Assembly (NCBI GenBank): GCA_002009975.1
Contig: MTLP01000007.1
Coordinates: 1-64,000 of the forward strand
Reading direction: 5' to 3'
Length of the DNA: 64,000 nt
Source: Thermococcus sp. JdFR-02
GTDB lineage: Archaea; Methanobacteriota_B; Thermococci; Thermococcales; Thermococcaceae
Position 1 is the first letter of the stretch. Each line of letters opens with the position of its first letter. Of this stretch, positions 44,413 to 55,475 are shown in pieces. The position numbers and the translations under genes are program-made. Below the pieces are notes generated by a model, which was given only the letters and a program-made list of their open reading frames with translations, had not been told where the DNA came from and ran no database searches.

Positions 44413-45269
44413 TTGGATCCCCTCCTAGCTAAATACCACTTAAGAACACCAGCATTTAATATCCATGTGTTCATGAAATCCGCAAGCAAACCAAACATCA
44501 GAACTATGGCTATCTCGTCAATTACTTTAGCTGTAGAAAAGAGCCATAGGGAGAATAGGGCGCCCAATGTGGTTGTAGTCATTGTAAATCCCGTCTTTAC
44601 AGCCGAAAGATAAGCTTCTTCAACAGTATCTTCTTTTCTCTTTAGAATTTTGGTTGTTAAAAGAATATTGCTATCAACGGAGTAACCTATCAACATTAAC
44701 AAAGCCGCTATGGTTGCTTGACTTAATTGTATACCAACTATGCTCATTAAGGCTACAGCTACTGTCATGTCGGACAGTGCAGAGAAAATAACGGTGAAAG
44801 AAGGCACTAATACTCTAAAGAATAGGAAAACAACGATAGCCATTCCAATAAATGCCAACGCTATTGCCTTTATTCCTTGTTGCTGTGCCATTTGACCAAA
44901 AGTAGGTTGAACCTCTGTGTGAGCATATTTAGCATCTGGAAACTTTTGCTGGAGAAGCTTTATCACATCATTTGGATCTATTGTTGAAGGAGCATAGATG
45001 TTTAAACCACTCCCACCGATCCCAGAAAACCTCTCCACTCTAACTTCTACATTTAGATCATTTGATAGGTATTTAGCGATGTCATCTGGATTTGCATTAA
45101 CCCCATAAGCCGTTACAACAACGCCACCTTTCAAGTCAATACCCAGTTGAGGAAACTTAAAAGCAACTATCAACACCGCTATTAGGAATATTACCAAAGG
45201 ATAAGTAATCATTTTTTTGTATCTCATTTCAGCGAGCTTTTTCAAATGTTTTTCTAGCATTAACTCCAC
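44409..45269 (-). CDS. secF: Preprotein translocase subunit SecF
   Basis: [19 protein letters not shown] motifs. Confidence 0.95.
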   Translation of the reverse strand: MELMLEKHLKKLAEMRYKKMITYPLVIFLIAVLIVAFKFPQLGIDLKGGVVVTAYGVNANPDDIAKYLSNDLNVEVRVERFSGIGGSGLNIYAPSTIDPNDVIKLLQQKFPDAKYAHTEVQPTFGQMAQQQGIKAIALAFIGMAIVVFLFFRVLVPSFTVIFSALSDMTVAVALMSIVGIQLSQATIAALLMLIGYSVDSNILLTTKILKRKEDTVEEAYLSAVKTGFTMTTTTLGALFSLWLFSTAKVIDEIAIVLMFGLLADFMNTWILNAGVLKWYLARRGSK

Positions 45270-45381
45270 CCCGCATTATTTTTAGGACTCTCAAATAAAT
45301 CTTTTTCCATTACAATTGAATTACTGTTGGTGAAAACTATCTAATACTATTTAAATTTGTGCTTAACATTAGGTATGTATA

Positions 45382-46482
45382 ATGGTGATGGAGATGTTTG
45401 AGAAGGGTTATATTGATGGGAATTATGTTAGGGTTTCGAGGGATGAGCTATTTTCATTTGTTGTGAAAGTTCTCACAAAGCTTGGAGTTAGCAAAGAAGA
45501 TGCAGAAATTGTTGCGGACAACTTGATAATGGCTGATTTGAGGGGGATTGAGAGTCATGGCGTTCAAAGGCTAAAGAGATACGTTGATGGGATTCTAAGC
45601 GGGGGAATAAATCTGAAGCCGAACATTAGGATTGTCAGGGAAGGGCCTTCTTATGCGTTGGTTGATGGTGATGAGGGATTGGGTCAAGTTGTTGGTTATA
45701 AGGCGATGAAGCTGGCGATTGAAAAAGCCAAGAGGAGCGGCATTGGAGTTGTTGTTGTGAGGAACAGTAACCATTATGGTATTGCTGGATATTATGCTTT
45801 GATGGCTGCTAAGGAGAAAATGGTTGGAATAAGCATGACGAATTCTCGTCCGTTAGTTGCTCCAACTGGTGGGGTGGAAAGGTTTTTGGGGACGAATCCG
45901 ATCTCAATTGCAGCTCCTACTAAAGGAAAGCCTTTTCTTTTGGATATGGCTACTAGCGTGGTTCCAATTGGGAAATTGGAAGTTTATAGAAGGAAGGGTA
46001 AGCCTATTCCAGAGGGATGGGCGATAGACAAAGAGGGTAATGTGACTATAGAAGTTGAAGACGTTTTTAATGGAGGTGCTTTGTTGCCTTTGGGTGGTTT
46101 TGGGGAGCTTTTTGGTGGGCATAAGGGTTATGGGCTTAGCGTAATGGTTGACATTTTAGCGGGGATTCTAAGTGGTGGAACTTGGAGTAAGCATGTGAAG
46201 AATACAAGTGATAAAGGTAGCAATGTATGTCACTTCTTCATGGCGATTAACATTGAAGCTTTTGTTCCTCTCGAGGAGTTTGAGGAGAAGATGAGCAGGA
46301 TGATTGAGGAGTTGAAAAGTTCGAGGAAGCATAGGGATTTTGAGAGAATCTGGATTCATGGTGAAAAGGGTTTCTTAACAGAGGAGACAAGACTTAAAAT
46401 TGGAATCCCAATTTACAAAAAAGTCTTGGAAGAACTGAATGAAATAGCAGATAGTCTTAAAATAGAGAGGTTGAAAGTATAG
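45382..46482 (+). CDS. Ldh_2 family malate/L-lactate dehydrogenase
   Basis: ADLRGIESHG, NSNHYG, GTNPI, DMATS, GHKGYGL motifs. Confidence 0.9.
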   Translation: MVMEMFEKGYIDGNYVRVSRDELFSFVVKVLTKLGVSKEDAEIVADNLIMADLRGIESHGVQRLKRYVDGILSGGINLKPNIRIVREGPSYALVDGDEGLGQVVGYKAMKLAIEKAKRSGIGVVVVRNSNHYGIAGYYALMAAKEKMVGISMTNSRPLVAPTGGVERFLGTNPISIAAPTKGKPFLLDMATSVVPIGKLEVYRRKGKPIPEGWAIDKEGNVTIEVEDVFNGGALLPLGGFGELFGGHKGYGLSVMVDILAGILSGGTWSKHVKNTSDKGSNVCHFFMAINIEAFVPLEEFEEKMSRMIEELKSSRKHRDFERIWIHGEKGFLTEETRLKIGIPIYKKVLEELNEIADSLKIERLKV

Positions 46483-46494
46483 GGTGGTGATTTT

Positions 46495-47802
46495 ATGGCT
46501 AAGCTAACTGAAGAACAAAGGAAGAGGCTTAAAAAGGATGCCTTAGTTTATCATAAAAATAATTTTCCTGGAAATGGAAAAATAGAAGTCATTCCAAAGG
46601 TTAAACTTGAGGGTTTTTACGATTTAAGTTTAGCCTACACTCCCGGTGTGGCAGAACCATGTAAAGCCATAAGAGATGGAGAAAGCTACGAAGAGTATAC
46701 GATAATCCCAAACACCGTTGCAGTTGTGACAGATGGGACTGCAATATTGGGCTTGGGTGATATAGGCGTTTTGGCGGGAATGCCAGTAATGGAAGGAAAG
46801 TGCGTTCTATTTAAGGCTTTAGCTGGAGTAGATGCTTTTCCAATTTTAATTGACTCGAAGGATGTTGATGAAATTGTAAACACTGTAAAGCTCATAGCTA
46901 AAGGTTTTGGAGGAATAAATCTTGAAGACATTAGTGCCCCAAGGTGTTTCACTATAGAAGAGCGCTTAAAAAAAGAACTCGACATTCCAGTGTTTCATGA
47001 TGACCAGCATGGAACCGCCGTAGTAACCTTAGCTGGGTTAATCAACGCTTTAAAGCTTGTTGGAAAGAAGTTTAGTGAAATAAAAGTTGCAATGAGTGGT
47101 GCAGGCGCAGCTGGAATTGCAATAGCAAAGACTTTGCATCATGTTGGGGTTAGAGACATAATCATGGTTGACAGGAAAGGAATAATTTATCAGGGGAGAA
47201 AAGAGGGAATGAATCCATACAAGGAAGAGGTTGCTAAGTTCAACAGAGAAAACATTAGCGGTGATTTAGCCAAGGCAATGGAAGGTGCTGATGTTTTTAT
47301 TGGGGTAAGCGTTGCGGGGTTAGTTACTAAAGATATGGTTAGAAAAATGTCCGATGATGCAATAGTTTTTGCAATGGCAAACCCAGTGCCAGAGATAATG
47401 CCAAATGAAGCTAAAGAGGCTGGGGCAAAGATAGTTGCAACTGGGAGGAGCGATTACCCAAACCAAATTAACAACGTTTTAGGATTCCCGGGAATATTTA
47501 GGGGTGCTTTGGATGTTAGGGCAAGTGACATAACGCTAAATATGAACATTGCCGCTGCTGAAGCTATTGCAAGTGTTGTTAATGAAGATGAGCTTAGTGA
47601 AGAATATATAATTCCAACACCTTTACATCCGGATGTATTTCCAAAGGAAGCAAGAGCCGTTGCTGAGCAGGCTATTAAGGATGGTGTTGCAAGGAAGAAA
47701 GTGAGTGGTGAATGGGTTGAAGAACACACAAGAAAACTCAGGGAATTTTATAACACGTTAATTGCACCAATAAATAGAGAGAGGAGAAAATGGGGCTTTT
47801 AG
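46495..47802 (+). CDS. NAD(P)-dependent malic enzyme
   Basis: AYTPGVA, VMEGK, INLEDI, FHDDQHGT, GAGAAG, NQINN motifs. Confidence 0.94.
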   Translation: MAKLTEEQRKRLKKDALVYHKNNFPGNGKIEVIPKVKLEGFYDLSLAYTPGVAEPCKAIRDGESYEEYTIIPNTVAVVTDGTAILGLGDIGVLAGMPVMEGKCVLFKALAGVDAFPILIDSKDVDEIVNTVKLIAKGFGGINLEDISAPRCFTIEERLKKELDIPVFHDDQHGTAVVTLAGLINALKLVGKKFSEIKVAMSGAGAAGIAIAKTLHHVGVRDIIMVDRKGIIYQGRKEGMNPYKEEVAKFNRENISGDLAKAMEGADVFIGVSVAGLVTKDMVRKMSDDAIVFAMANPVPEIMPNEAKEAGAKIVATGRSDYPNQINNVLGFPGIFRGALDVRASDITLNMNIAAAEAIASVVNEDELSEEYIIPTPLHPDVFPKEARAVAEQAIKDGVARKKVSGEWVEEHTRKLREFYNTLIAPINRERRKWGF

Positions 47803-47888
47803 CTCTTACTTTATTTTTCTTGCATGTGGGAAAAGAGTCAATTACTTTAAAAACATTTGTTGACATTATGAATTCTTAGGTGAGTGTG

Positions 47889-48305
47889 ATGGACACCATA
47901 GGATATCATTATATTGTCGAAGCATCAGGATGTGACGAGGATATACTAAGAGATCCAAACAAGATAAGGGAGATTTTCATAAAAGCAGCAGAAGTCGGAA
48001 ACATGGAAGTTAGATCATCATACTTTTACAAGTTTTCCCCAACGGGAGTTAGCGGAGTAGTTATAGTTGCAGAGTCTCATATTTCGATCCACACATGGCC
48101 TGAGGAAAAATATGCGGCTATAGATGTTTATGTTTGTGGAAATAAAGCAGATCCGGAAAAAGCGGTTGATTATATTCTAGAGGCTTTTAATGCAGCCTAT
48201 GCCCACGTATCGGAAGTAAAGAGAGGTATTAAGGAAGACGATGAGACGTTTACTCACATGATCCTTACGTGGGAAGAAAAGCTCGATAGAAAAAACAAAA
48301 ACTAA
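47889..48305 (+). CDS. speD: S-adenosylmethionine decarboxylase proenzyme (copy 2)
   Basis: FSPTGVSGVVIVAESHISIHTWPE..YAAIDVYVCG. Confidence 0.9.
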   Translation: MDTIGYHYIVEASGCDEDILRDPNKIREIFIKAAEVGNMEVRSSYFYKFSPTGVSGVVIVAESHISIHTWPEEKYAAIDVYVCGNKADPEKAVDYILEAFNAAYAHVSEVKRGIKEDDETFTHMILTWEEKLDRKNKN

Positions 48306-48309
48306 AAAA

Positions 48310-49083
48310 TCACTCTAAAAGTTTTTCAATTTCCTCTTTTAGCTTTTCAATCTTTTCTTTAAGCTCTTCGAACTTTATCTTGTAAGGCTCAAGTTCTTCA
48401 ACCTTCTTTGCCAACTCTTCTTTCTCTTGCATTAACTTTTCTCTCTCACTTTCAAGTGCTTGTAGCTCCATGAGCTTAACTTTTGCTTGTGTTAGTTCTT
48501 TTTCAAGTTCTTTCTTCTCCTTTTTTACTTTTTCAAGCTCTGCTTTTATTTTATCTAGCTCTTCTTTTAGTCTCTCAATTTCTTCTTTTGCTTTTTCAGC
48601 TTCAGCCAAACTTATTGTTTCCTTCATCTTCTCAAGCTCTGCTTTAACTTGCTCATATTCGGCTTTAAGCTTCTCGTATTCACTCATTAGCTTTTCATAC
48701 TCTTCTTTTGCAATCATATCTTTTAAGCCACCTTTTTCTATTGCTTCTATTGTTTTGATTAGCTCATTAAGCTTTCCTTGCTTTATTAGCTCGTAGGTTT
48801 CTCTAACTAACTGCCCAGCTTTGCTCTCTCCTTTCAGGTGCTTTCTAATTGTTTGCTCAGTTCTTCCAAGCTCTCTTGCAATCTCACTTGTTGCCATTCC
48901 AGCTTTTTCTCTTGCAATCGCCCCAGCGGCAACTGCTAAACTGTCAACCCAAGTTAATCTTTCCGCTGGATCTTTTATGAGCTCAATGACCTCTGGTCTG
49001 AAGAGTGTTGCAAATAATAAGATACTCTCCAATTGGTGAATCTCTTGTCTTCCAATTGGATTTAGGGGAATCTCAATTTCCAT
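48310..49083 (-). CDS. KaiC-associated HTH regulator with long C-terminal coiled coil
   Basis: LTWVDSLAVAAGA.ARE...EIARELGRTE.TIR.HL motif; heptad-rich tail; adjacent to KaiC-like gene. Confidence 0.85.
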   Translation of the reverse strand: MEIEIPLNPIGRQEIHQLESILLFATLFRPEVIELIKDPAERLTWVDSLAVAAGAIAREKAGMATSEIARELGRTEQTIRKHLKGESKAGQLVRETYELIKQGKLNELIKTIEAIEKGGLKDMIAKEEYEKLMSEYEKLKAEYEQVKAELEKMKETISLAEAEKAKEEIERLKEELDKIKAELEKVKKEKKELEKELTQAKVKLMELQALESEREKLMQEKEELAKKVEELEPYKIKFEELKEKIEKLKEEIEKLLE

Positions 49084-49095
49084 TTTCTCACCCCC

Positions 49096-49821
49096 TTACA
49101 CCTTCAACACTTTGTCAGGGTAAACAACTATTCCTTTATCGGTAATATCGAATGGATGTCTCCTCATTGAGTGAGAAGTTCCCCTCATCTTCCACACAAT
49201 TAATGAACGTTTCAATTCTCCCCCAATTTCGTCTAAATCTAGTCTAATAATCCCATCTACTCCATGTTCAACTCCAGGTCCTCCAAATCCTCTCTCACCA
49301 ACACTAATTTGGCTTACAAAGATTGATGTACATCCCGTTCCGGCAAGGACTCTCTTTAGTTGGAGTATTATACTCCTTGCCATTGCAGGTTTGTTTATGT
49401 AAAGTGTTGTGACTGAATCAACGACAACCCTTTTAGCGCCTATATCTTTAATAGCTTGCCTCAAAACATCAATAAACTCTCTAATATCTGTTAAATCATG
49501 GACTATGTATTTTTCGTATTCTTTTGACTTTCCTATTCCTGCTGTAAAAGCATCAACCATTGCAAATAATCCCTCTTCTTCGTATTTTTTAACATCCCAG
49601 CCAAATTGAGACATGTTTTGTCTAACCTGAACTGGATGTTCTTCTAATGCGACATAAATCCCTGGCTCTTCCATTTGAAGACCATTCCATAGGAACTGTT
49701 GTGAGAATATTGTCTTTCCTGTACCCGGTCCACCACTTAATAAAACAACATTTCTCTCTGGGATTCCTCCATATAGGATTTCATCCATCCCGGGAATCCC
49801 AGTTTTTACTCTCTTTATCAC
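49096..49821 (-). CDS. KaiC-like RecA-family ATPase (single domain)
   Basis: [25 protein letters not shown] motifs. Confidence 0.92.
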   Translation of the reverse strand: MIKRVKTGIPGMDEILYGGIPERNVVLLSGGPGTGKTIFSQQFLWNGLQMEEPGIYVALEEHPVQVRQNMSQFGWDVKKYEEEGLFAMVDAFTAGIGKSKEYEKYIVHDLTDIREFIDVLRQAIKDIGAKRVVVDSVTTLYINKPAMARSIILQLKRVLAGTGCTSIFVSQISVGERGFGGPGVEHGVDGIIRLDLDEIGGELKRSLIVWKMRGTSHSMRRHPFDITDKGIVVYPDKVLKV

Positions 49822-49933
49822 TTATATCACCTCCTTCTTTGAGAAAAGTGATTTTAGCTTAATCACAGAAGTAGCAGGTTTTAATTACCAAAAGGTATTA
49901 TAATTTCTGGGTATATAAATTTTATGCTGGACT

Positions 49934-50431
49934 TTATTTCCGATGCCGCCTTATGAACTCTCCAATGTCCGTTATGTTCTCTATGAAAACTTTTTTCCTC
50001 GGCTGTATCCTCCCAATTCCCAGAATTGTCCAATTTTCATCTAAAATGACGAGCTTTCTTGTTCCTTCCCATTTATATTCTTTGATGCCTTCTCTTGGGA
50101 TATCCTTTCCAGTTGTAAACAAAAAAGCTGAACGAGGTTTTAAAATAGCGTAATTTTTGCTTATATCAACAAAATAGAAGAACTCGACGTTTGGATAAAA
50201 CCTTTCAACCAAGTTCTTGTCAGTTTTAATTGTCCCGACAAATGTGCCAAAAGAGTAAGGCTTGAGCTTCAAATTTTCAATCTCTTTCCAAACTCTCTCA
50301 TTCACAGCATAAACGTCTTTAAACTTCCCTTCAACTATTCCAAAAAATTCATGTTTAAGCTCGCCATATTTTTCCGCTTCCCTTAGAATTAGGTCAAATT
50401 CATGCGAGGAAACCCTTCTATATCTCAGCAT
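49934..50431 (-). CDS. Nip7-like PUA domain ribosome biogenesis protein
   Basis: [12 protein letters not shown] and DIGEFIRR C-terminal motif. Confidence 0.8.
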   Translation of the reverse strand: MLRYRRVSSHEFDLILREAEKYGELKHEFFGIVEGKFKDVYAVNERVWKEIENLKLKPYSFGTFVGTIKTDKNLVERFYPNVEFFYFVDISKNYAILKPRSAFLFTTGKDIPREGIKEYKWEGTRKLVILDENWTILGIGRIQPRKKVFIENITDIGEFIRRHRK

Positions 50432-50930
50432 TGCTCTCACCATTAATTAAATCAACAAACCCTTCTAAATTACTTTTATCAAATTCCTCTTTAAACTTTA
50501 GTCCTAATTCTGCTATTTCCTCTCTTGTGATTGTTTTGCCTTTTCCAATTCCAGGGCAGCTTTCGTCATAGTAAAGCCAAAGCTTTTGACCTTTATATTC
50601 AAAAGACTCTTCCCCTTCAATACCTAAGGGCTTGTGAGAAACCATAAAAGGGTAGATTTGGCAGATTAATGGATTATAGTCATGAATTTTACATTTCCCA
50701 CTCTCTGGGTCATGGAAAATGCAACCTAGATCCCATTCCCTATAGGCTAAAATAAACCTAATTTGCTCATTTTCAGTAGTTAGCACTACAAAATCCTGTG
50801 GATCGTGGTGTTTAGCTATTCGCTTTATATCATAGAGAGTTAAATAAATGAACCTCCCCCTGCAGCAATCTAAACAAAACTTGCACTCAAAGGCTATATC
50901 ATCCTTAAGTGGTTTTGGTTTGAATCTCAC
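50418..50930 (-). CDS. YkgJ family cysteine cluster protein
   Basis: [11 protein letters not shown]....[18 protein letters not shown]. Confidence 0.9.
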   Translation of the reverse strand: MRFKPKPLKDDIAFECKFCLDCCRGRFIYLTLYDIKRIAKHHDPQDFVVLTTENEQIRFILAYREWDLGCIFHDPESGKCKIHDYNPLICQIYPFMVSHKPLGIEGEESFEYKGQKLWLYYDESCPGIGKGKTITREEIAELGLKFKEEFDKSNLEGFVDLINGESNAEI

Positions 50931-50981
50931 ACAATCACCTCACCAGATTAATAAGGATACCAGCTTAAAGCATGCCCCTCC

Positions 50982-51356
50982 TTAGTGATTTAACATTATC
51001 TTTATCAATTTATATAACAATATGCCAATAGCAAATCCAGCGAGATCAAAAGTAAGCACTGCAAAGGCTATAACACCTGTGCCTTCCGCAACAGCCTCTG
51101 GTGGAACTTGATGTAGCCAGCCCATAATACCTGACCAAAGGGATACAGTGATCCAGGAACCAAATACAGAAAAGATAGAAAACTCTATGAGCGGCATCTT
51201 TATTTTTAAAAGAAAGAAGAATGTCATCAGAGAAACCCACAGAATGGGAATTATGAATATCATAACTCCCTCAGCTTTAGTCCAAAATGGCAAATAAAAC
51301 CAACCAATGCTTGCAATAGGAAGAAAAATTAGAAAGTAGAGGAAGTGTTTTTTCAT
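50982..51356 (-). CDS. Small hypothetical membrane protein (about 4 TM)
   Basis: ATG 51356 after GGTGA RBS; hydrophobic 124 aa. Confidence 0.65.
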   Translation of the reverse strand: MKKHFLYFLIFLPIASIGWFYLPFWTKAEGVMIFIIPILWVSLMTFFFLLKIKMPLIEFSIFSVFGSWITVSLWSGIMGWLHQVPPEAVAEGTGVIAFAVLTFDLAGFAIGILLYKLIKIMLNH

Positions 51357-51360
51357 GATA

Positions 51361-52223
51361 TCACCATTTTTTAATTCTTGTTGCATAACCATCATTGTAT
51401 CCATACTGATCAGCAACTCTGTTGTCTAAATAGTACCAATCTGGATACACTACCCATGGAGAATAATAGTAGCTTGCAATAAGCTCTTCAACTTCTTCCC
51501 AATCAACACCAACATGAGGAAAGCCCTCATCATGATGAGCTGATCCAACAACTTTTCCGTTATAGATTACCCAAAGTATTACATGATTCCTTTCAGGTGT
51601 TCCAGTAGGATGTGTCGCCATGTCATCTCCCTCTTCCCATCTCCCTCCTCCATATTCTGGTGGATCGTATATATATTGGTTATAAGCATAAACAAAGTCC
51701 CACCAACCATTACTATCGAGTACATCCTTTACTTCTTCTTTTGTTCCACCTTCCCATACTAAGTTTATGGGACCTGATCTTTTGTAACCTTCAAGCCATC
51801 CAGATGGAGAATATACTGGTTTCCATGTCCATCTTGGTAAATATGGGTAATAATTCCACCAAGGATATGGATCATTTGGCTTAACAATAACTGCAGTGGT
51901 CTGGTAGGATTTCATGGGCACTTCCATGCCAAGCATAAGTTTAATGCCTTCAACACCAAATGCTTTTATTAAAGTTCTTCTGTCAATCTTTAATTTTGTA
52001 ACTTCATAAAGCTCTCACTTCCAAATTTCTTTTTCAACTCTGGGCTTATATAAATAGTTTCTTGAACAAGCTGTCCATTCTCATATTTGAGTTTCTCAAT
52101 AACCATGACGTTGTAAGTATGCTTTGCAGCCCATTCTTCCCAAGGATCACTCGAGGCAGTTGTCAACTCTATATTTGCAGCAAGAAGAAACAAACCAATC
52201 AACATTGCAAATAACTTTCTCAT
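51361..52223 (-). pseudogene. Secreted protein with LssY-C-like domain, split by a frameshift near 51990-52014
   Basis: Signal-peptide ORF 51990-52223 joins ORF 51361-51936 through an open -1 frame (ELYEVTKLKIDRRTLIKAFGVEGIKL); C-part has PINLVW.G, GW, RNHVILW, GSAHHD. Confidence 0.6.
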
Positions 52224-52404
52224 GCTCGTCCCTCCATAAGCTTCTGCATTAGTAAATAATACTTAGTTTCTTATAAGTTTTTCTATCTATTAGTGTTAAT
52301 TTATTACATTTTTCTTTGTTATCCATAATTTACTTTTTAACTGTAACTTTATGGTGTTTTTGAGTCAAAAGAAGCTGAAGTAAAGGAGTAAACAAACTTG
52401 ATCA

Positions 52405-54173
52405 TTAGGTATTCAAATGCGCATCAAACTCTTTGCTCTTTCCAAAGTCAGCATAGGTTTATCCAGACGCTTGCTCACATAAGGTCCATCTTTTCTATAG
52501 CCAAACTTTCTGTAGTATTCTCTAACGCCAATACCACTTATAACGAGCATCTTCTTCCTATCAAATTCTTCCTTTGCTATTCTCTCAGCCTCAGCTATTA
52601 ACTCCCTTCCGTAGCCTCTATGCTGCCACTCATATTTTGGCTTTTCACCAATCGGAACCAAAGGTCCATAAACATGGAGTTCTCTGATTATAGCAGAGGG
52701 GACTCTATTTATCTCCTTCCTATGGGCTTTTTCGCTTGGAATTCTAAGCCTCAAGAAGCCAATTAAAATGTCGTTTTTAACATCTTCAAAGCTCAAAAAG
52801 ATTTCATGACCTTCGCTTGCTTCGTAATCCTCTCTTAAAAGCTTGATGTGTTCAATTTCTGGTTGAATTCCAAACTTCTGCATCATGTGTCCAACTTCTC
52901 TAAATCTAATCTCTCTCGGTCTTATTCCTTGCTTTACAAGTTCATTAAAAACTAACTGTCCCAAATTTGAGTGTTTAACTCCATCGACTATTAATTGGAC
53001 TGGAATATCCCTTTGAATTCTCATAACTCTAACCCATTTTGGAACGAACTTCATTACCTCAACAATGAGCTTTACAGCTTTTTCTGTATCGTAAGGTTTG
53101 TATTCTCCACTCTTCCACCATTGGTATAGGGTAGTGTCATCAGTCACGAGGGTTGGGTAAATCTTTAACATATCAGGTCTAAAGCGCTCATCTTCAAAAA
53201 TTGTTCTAAAAGTTCTTAAATCTCTTTCAAAGTTGCTTCCAGGTAAACCTGGCATCATGTGGTAGTTTATTTTCAATCCAGCGTCTTTTAGGATTCTTGT
53301 TGCTTCAACCACATCTTCAACTGTGTGTCCTCTTTTAACCCTTTCATAAATGAAATTGTAAACAGTTTGAACTCCCAATTCAACCCTCGTTGCTCCTAAG
53401 GCGAGCATTCTATCAACATGCTTTTCCTTTGCCCAATCTGGTCTCGTCTCGAAAGTCATTCCAATATCTCTAACTTTAGCCTTCTCATTTTTCCTTTGCA
53501 CCTCTTCAAGGTAATAATATCTCTTTGAGTGTGTTTTTTTCCAAGCCTCTTTGAACTTTTTATCCTTGAAAACGCTCTCATCTTTGTGAATTAAGATTCT
53601 CTCAAGTTTATCTTCCAGATCATCGATGTCTTTGAAGTAAACAAAATCATTCATTGCTTTCAAAGCTTCTTTAACAAACCACTCTTGATAGTCTAGATCC
53701 ACCGAAGGAAAAGTTCCTCCCATTATTATAAGCTCAACTTTGTCTACATCATGCCCTATGTCATAGAGCTGTTTTAAGCGGCGCATAACTTGTAGATATG
53801 GATGGAAAGAGCTTTGTGCTGCTCTTAAAGCCGCTGGTTCCTTTCCAGTATAGCTTTGGGGAGAACCTATTGTTGGACCTCCCGGACAGTAGATACATCT
53901 TCCATGTGGGCATGGAAAAGGTTTTGCCATAATTGCAACAATAGCAACGCCGCTAATAGTTCTTGTTGGCTTTTTCTTTAGGAAATCTTTGAAAAACTCC
54001 CTATCCTCTTTTTTCATAACTCTTAAGATGTCAGCGTTGCTTGGAATTTTGCTTAAATGGTATTTTCTCGCTACAATAACCTTAAACCTATTCAACTCTC
54101 TCCTATCTCTAATCTCACCATTTAAAACTGCTCTTGCCAACTCCTCGCAGGCTTTTTTATAAATTTCATCCAT
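52405..54173 (-). CDS. elp3: Elp3 tRNA uridine(34) acetyltransferase (radical SAM + GNAT); probable frameshift in last ~17 codons
   Basis: CPHGRCIYCPGG, ETRPD, KIYPT, QHRGYG motifs; as-read stop at 52413, alternative-frame tail ends at 52405. Confidence 0.95.
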
Positions 54174-54301
54174 AAATGACACCTCAATGATAGTGACTTG
54201 TTTTTAACCAAAGCGGAGATGTTTAAAAATGTTGCTTTATTGGACAAATTTGCCGAAAAATATGTATATTCACTTTGTGAATTGTTCAGTGGGTGAACAA
54301 A

Positions 54302-55060
54302 ATGACCGAGCTTTACGAAATTGTTAGGTTTTTGGATGATTACTTAAATGTCAAAGAGTGGGAAGATAAATCAAGGAACGGACTTCAAGTTGAGGGAAAA
54401 AGTGAAGTAAATAAAGTAGCTTTCGCTGTAGACGCCTGTATGGAAAGCTTTGTTAGGGCAAAATCCCTAGGAGCTGATCTCTTAATAGTCCATCACGGTT
54501 TGATTTGGGGAGGAATTGAATATGTTCGCGGTTTAGTTCAAAAGAGGCTCAAGTTTTTGCTTGAAAATGAGCTAAGTCTTTATGCAGCCCATCTGCCCTT
54601 AGATGCACATCCAGAAGTTGGGAACAATGTTCAACTTTTGAAGCTCTTAGATTTAGAGCCGAAAGAACCATTTGGCTATTATCACGGTGTTCCAATAGGT
54701 TACGTCGGCTATTTTGAAGAGCCAAAACCTTTGCCATTAGTTGCTCAAATACTGGTGGAAAAGCTAAAGACAGATTACGTTAAAGCCTATGAGTTTGGAA
54801 AGCAAGAAATAGAAAGTGTTGGTGTTGTTAGTGGTGGAGCAAGCTTTGCAGCTGCAGAAGCTGTAGAAAAGGGATTAGATTTATTTATAACTGGAGAATT
54901 TGAGCATGAAGCATACCACGTCGCAAAAGAAGGGAATCTCAACATTATTTCGGCGGGGCATTATGCAAGCGAGACTTTAGGCGTAAAAGCGTTAATGCCG
55001 TTAATAAGGGAAAAATTTGAAGTGAAAACTGTGTTTATAGATCTTCCAACAGGGTTGTGA
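54302..55060 (+). CDS. Nif3-like dinuclear metal centre protein
   Basis: NGLQVEG, VHHG, HLPLDAH, GHYASE motifs. Confidence 0.92.
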   Translation: MTELYEIVRFLDDYLNVKEWEDKSRNGLQVEGKSEVNKVAFAVDACMESFVRAKSLGADLLIVHHGLIWGGIEYVRGLVQKRLKFLLENELSLYAAHLPLDAHPEVGNNVQLLKLLDLEPKEPFGYYHGVPIGYVGYFEEPKPLPLVAQILVEKLKTDYVKAYEFGKQEIESVGVVSGGASFAAAEAVEKGLDLFITGEFEHEAYHVAKEGNLNIISAGHYASETLGVKALMPLIREKFEVKTVFIDLPTGL

Positions 55061-55070
55061 TTTTTGACTT

Positions 55071-55447
55071 CTATTTCTTTACCAAATATCTCTCTATTAG
55101 TTCTACAGCTTTTTCTGGCTTTACAAGGCTAACTTCCATTTTAAGCTCGCTTTCAATAAAATCTCTAACCCAACTATTTTTTAGTGGATCGCTTTTAAAG
55201 GGATAAATAAGGATTAATCTTTTAAAGCCAGCACGATGAGCTTTTAAAGCATTGTATAGCACTCTTTGCTTTATCCACTTGTAAGAATTCTCAAATTCAA
55301 TTGCAAGTATCTTTTCTTCATCCTTTCCAAGAATAACCAAATCTATCCTTGCCCCATCTTCTGTATAAAACTCCTTATAGCTCTTAAGCCCCTTATGTTG
55401 CACTGAGCCTTTATCTCTCTCAAGAGGGTTTTAACTTTGATTTTCAT
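55071..55447 (-). CDS. PD-(D/E)XK-fold hypothetical protein, apparently frameshifted near its 5' end
   Basis: E...RIDLV...AIEFE motif; RBS-backed ATG at 55447 (MKIKVKTLLREIKAQC) is out of frame by 1 nt with ORF 55071-55403. Confidence 0.6.
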
Positions 55448-55475
55448 GCCTCCTTAAAAAAGAGAAGTAAAAAAA

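Noticed and set aside
48310-48720. Apparent tandem nucleotide repeats
   Set aside because: Explained by E/K-rich coiled-coil codons; no exact repeat unit.
51990-52020. Programmed -1 ribosomal frameshift in the secreted-protein gene
   Set aside because: No X XXY YYZ heptamer or downstream structure is evident in the short window where the shift must occur.
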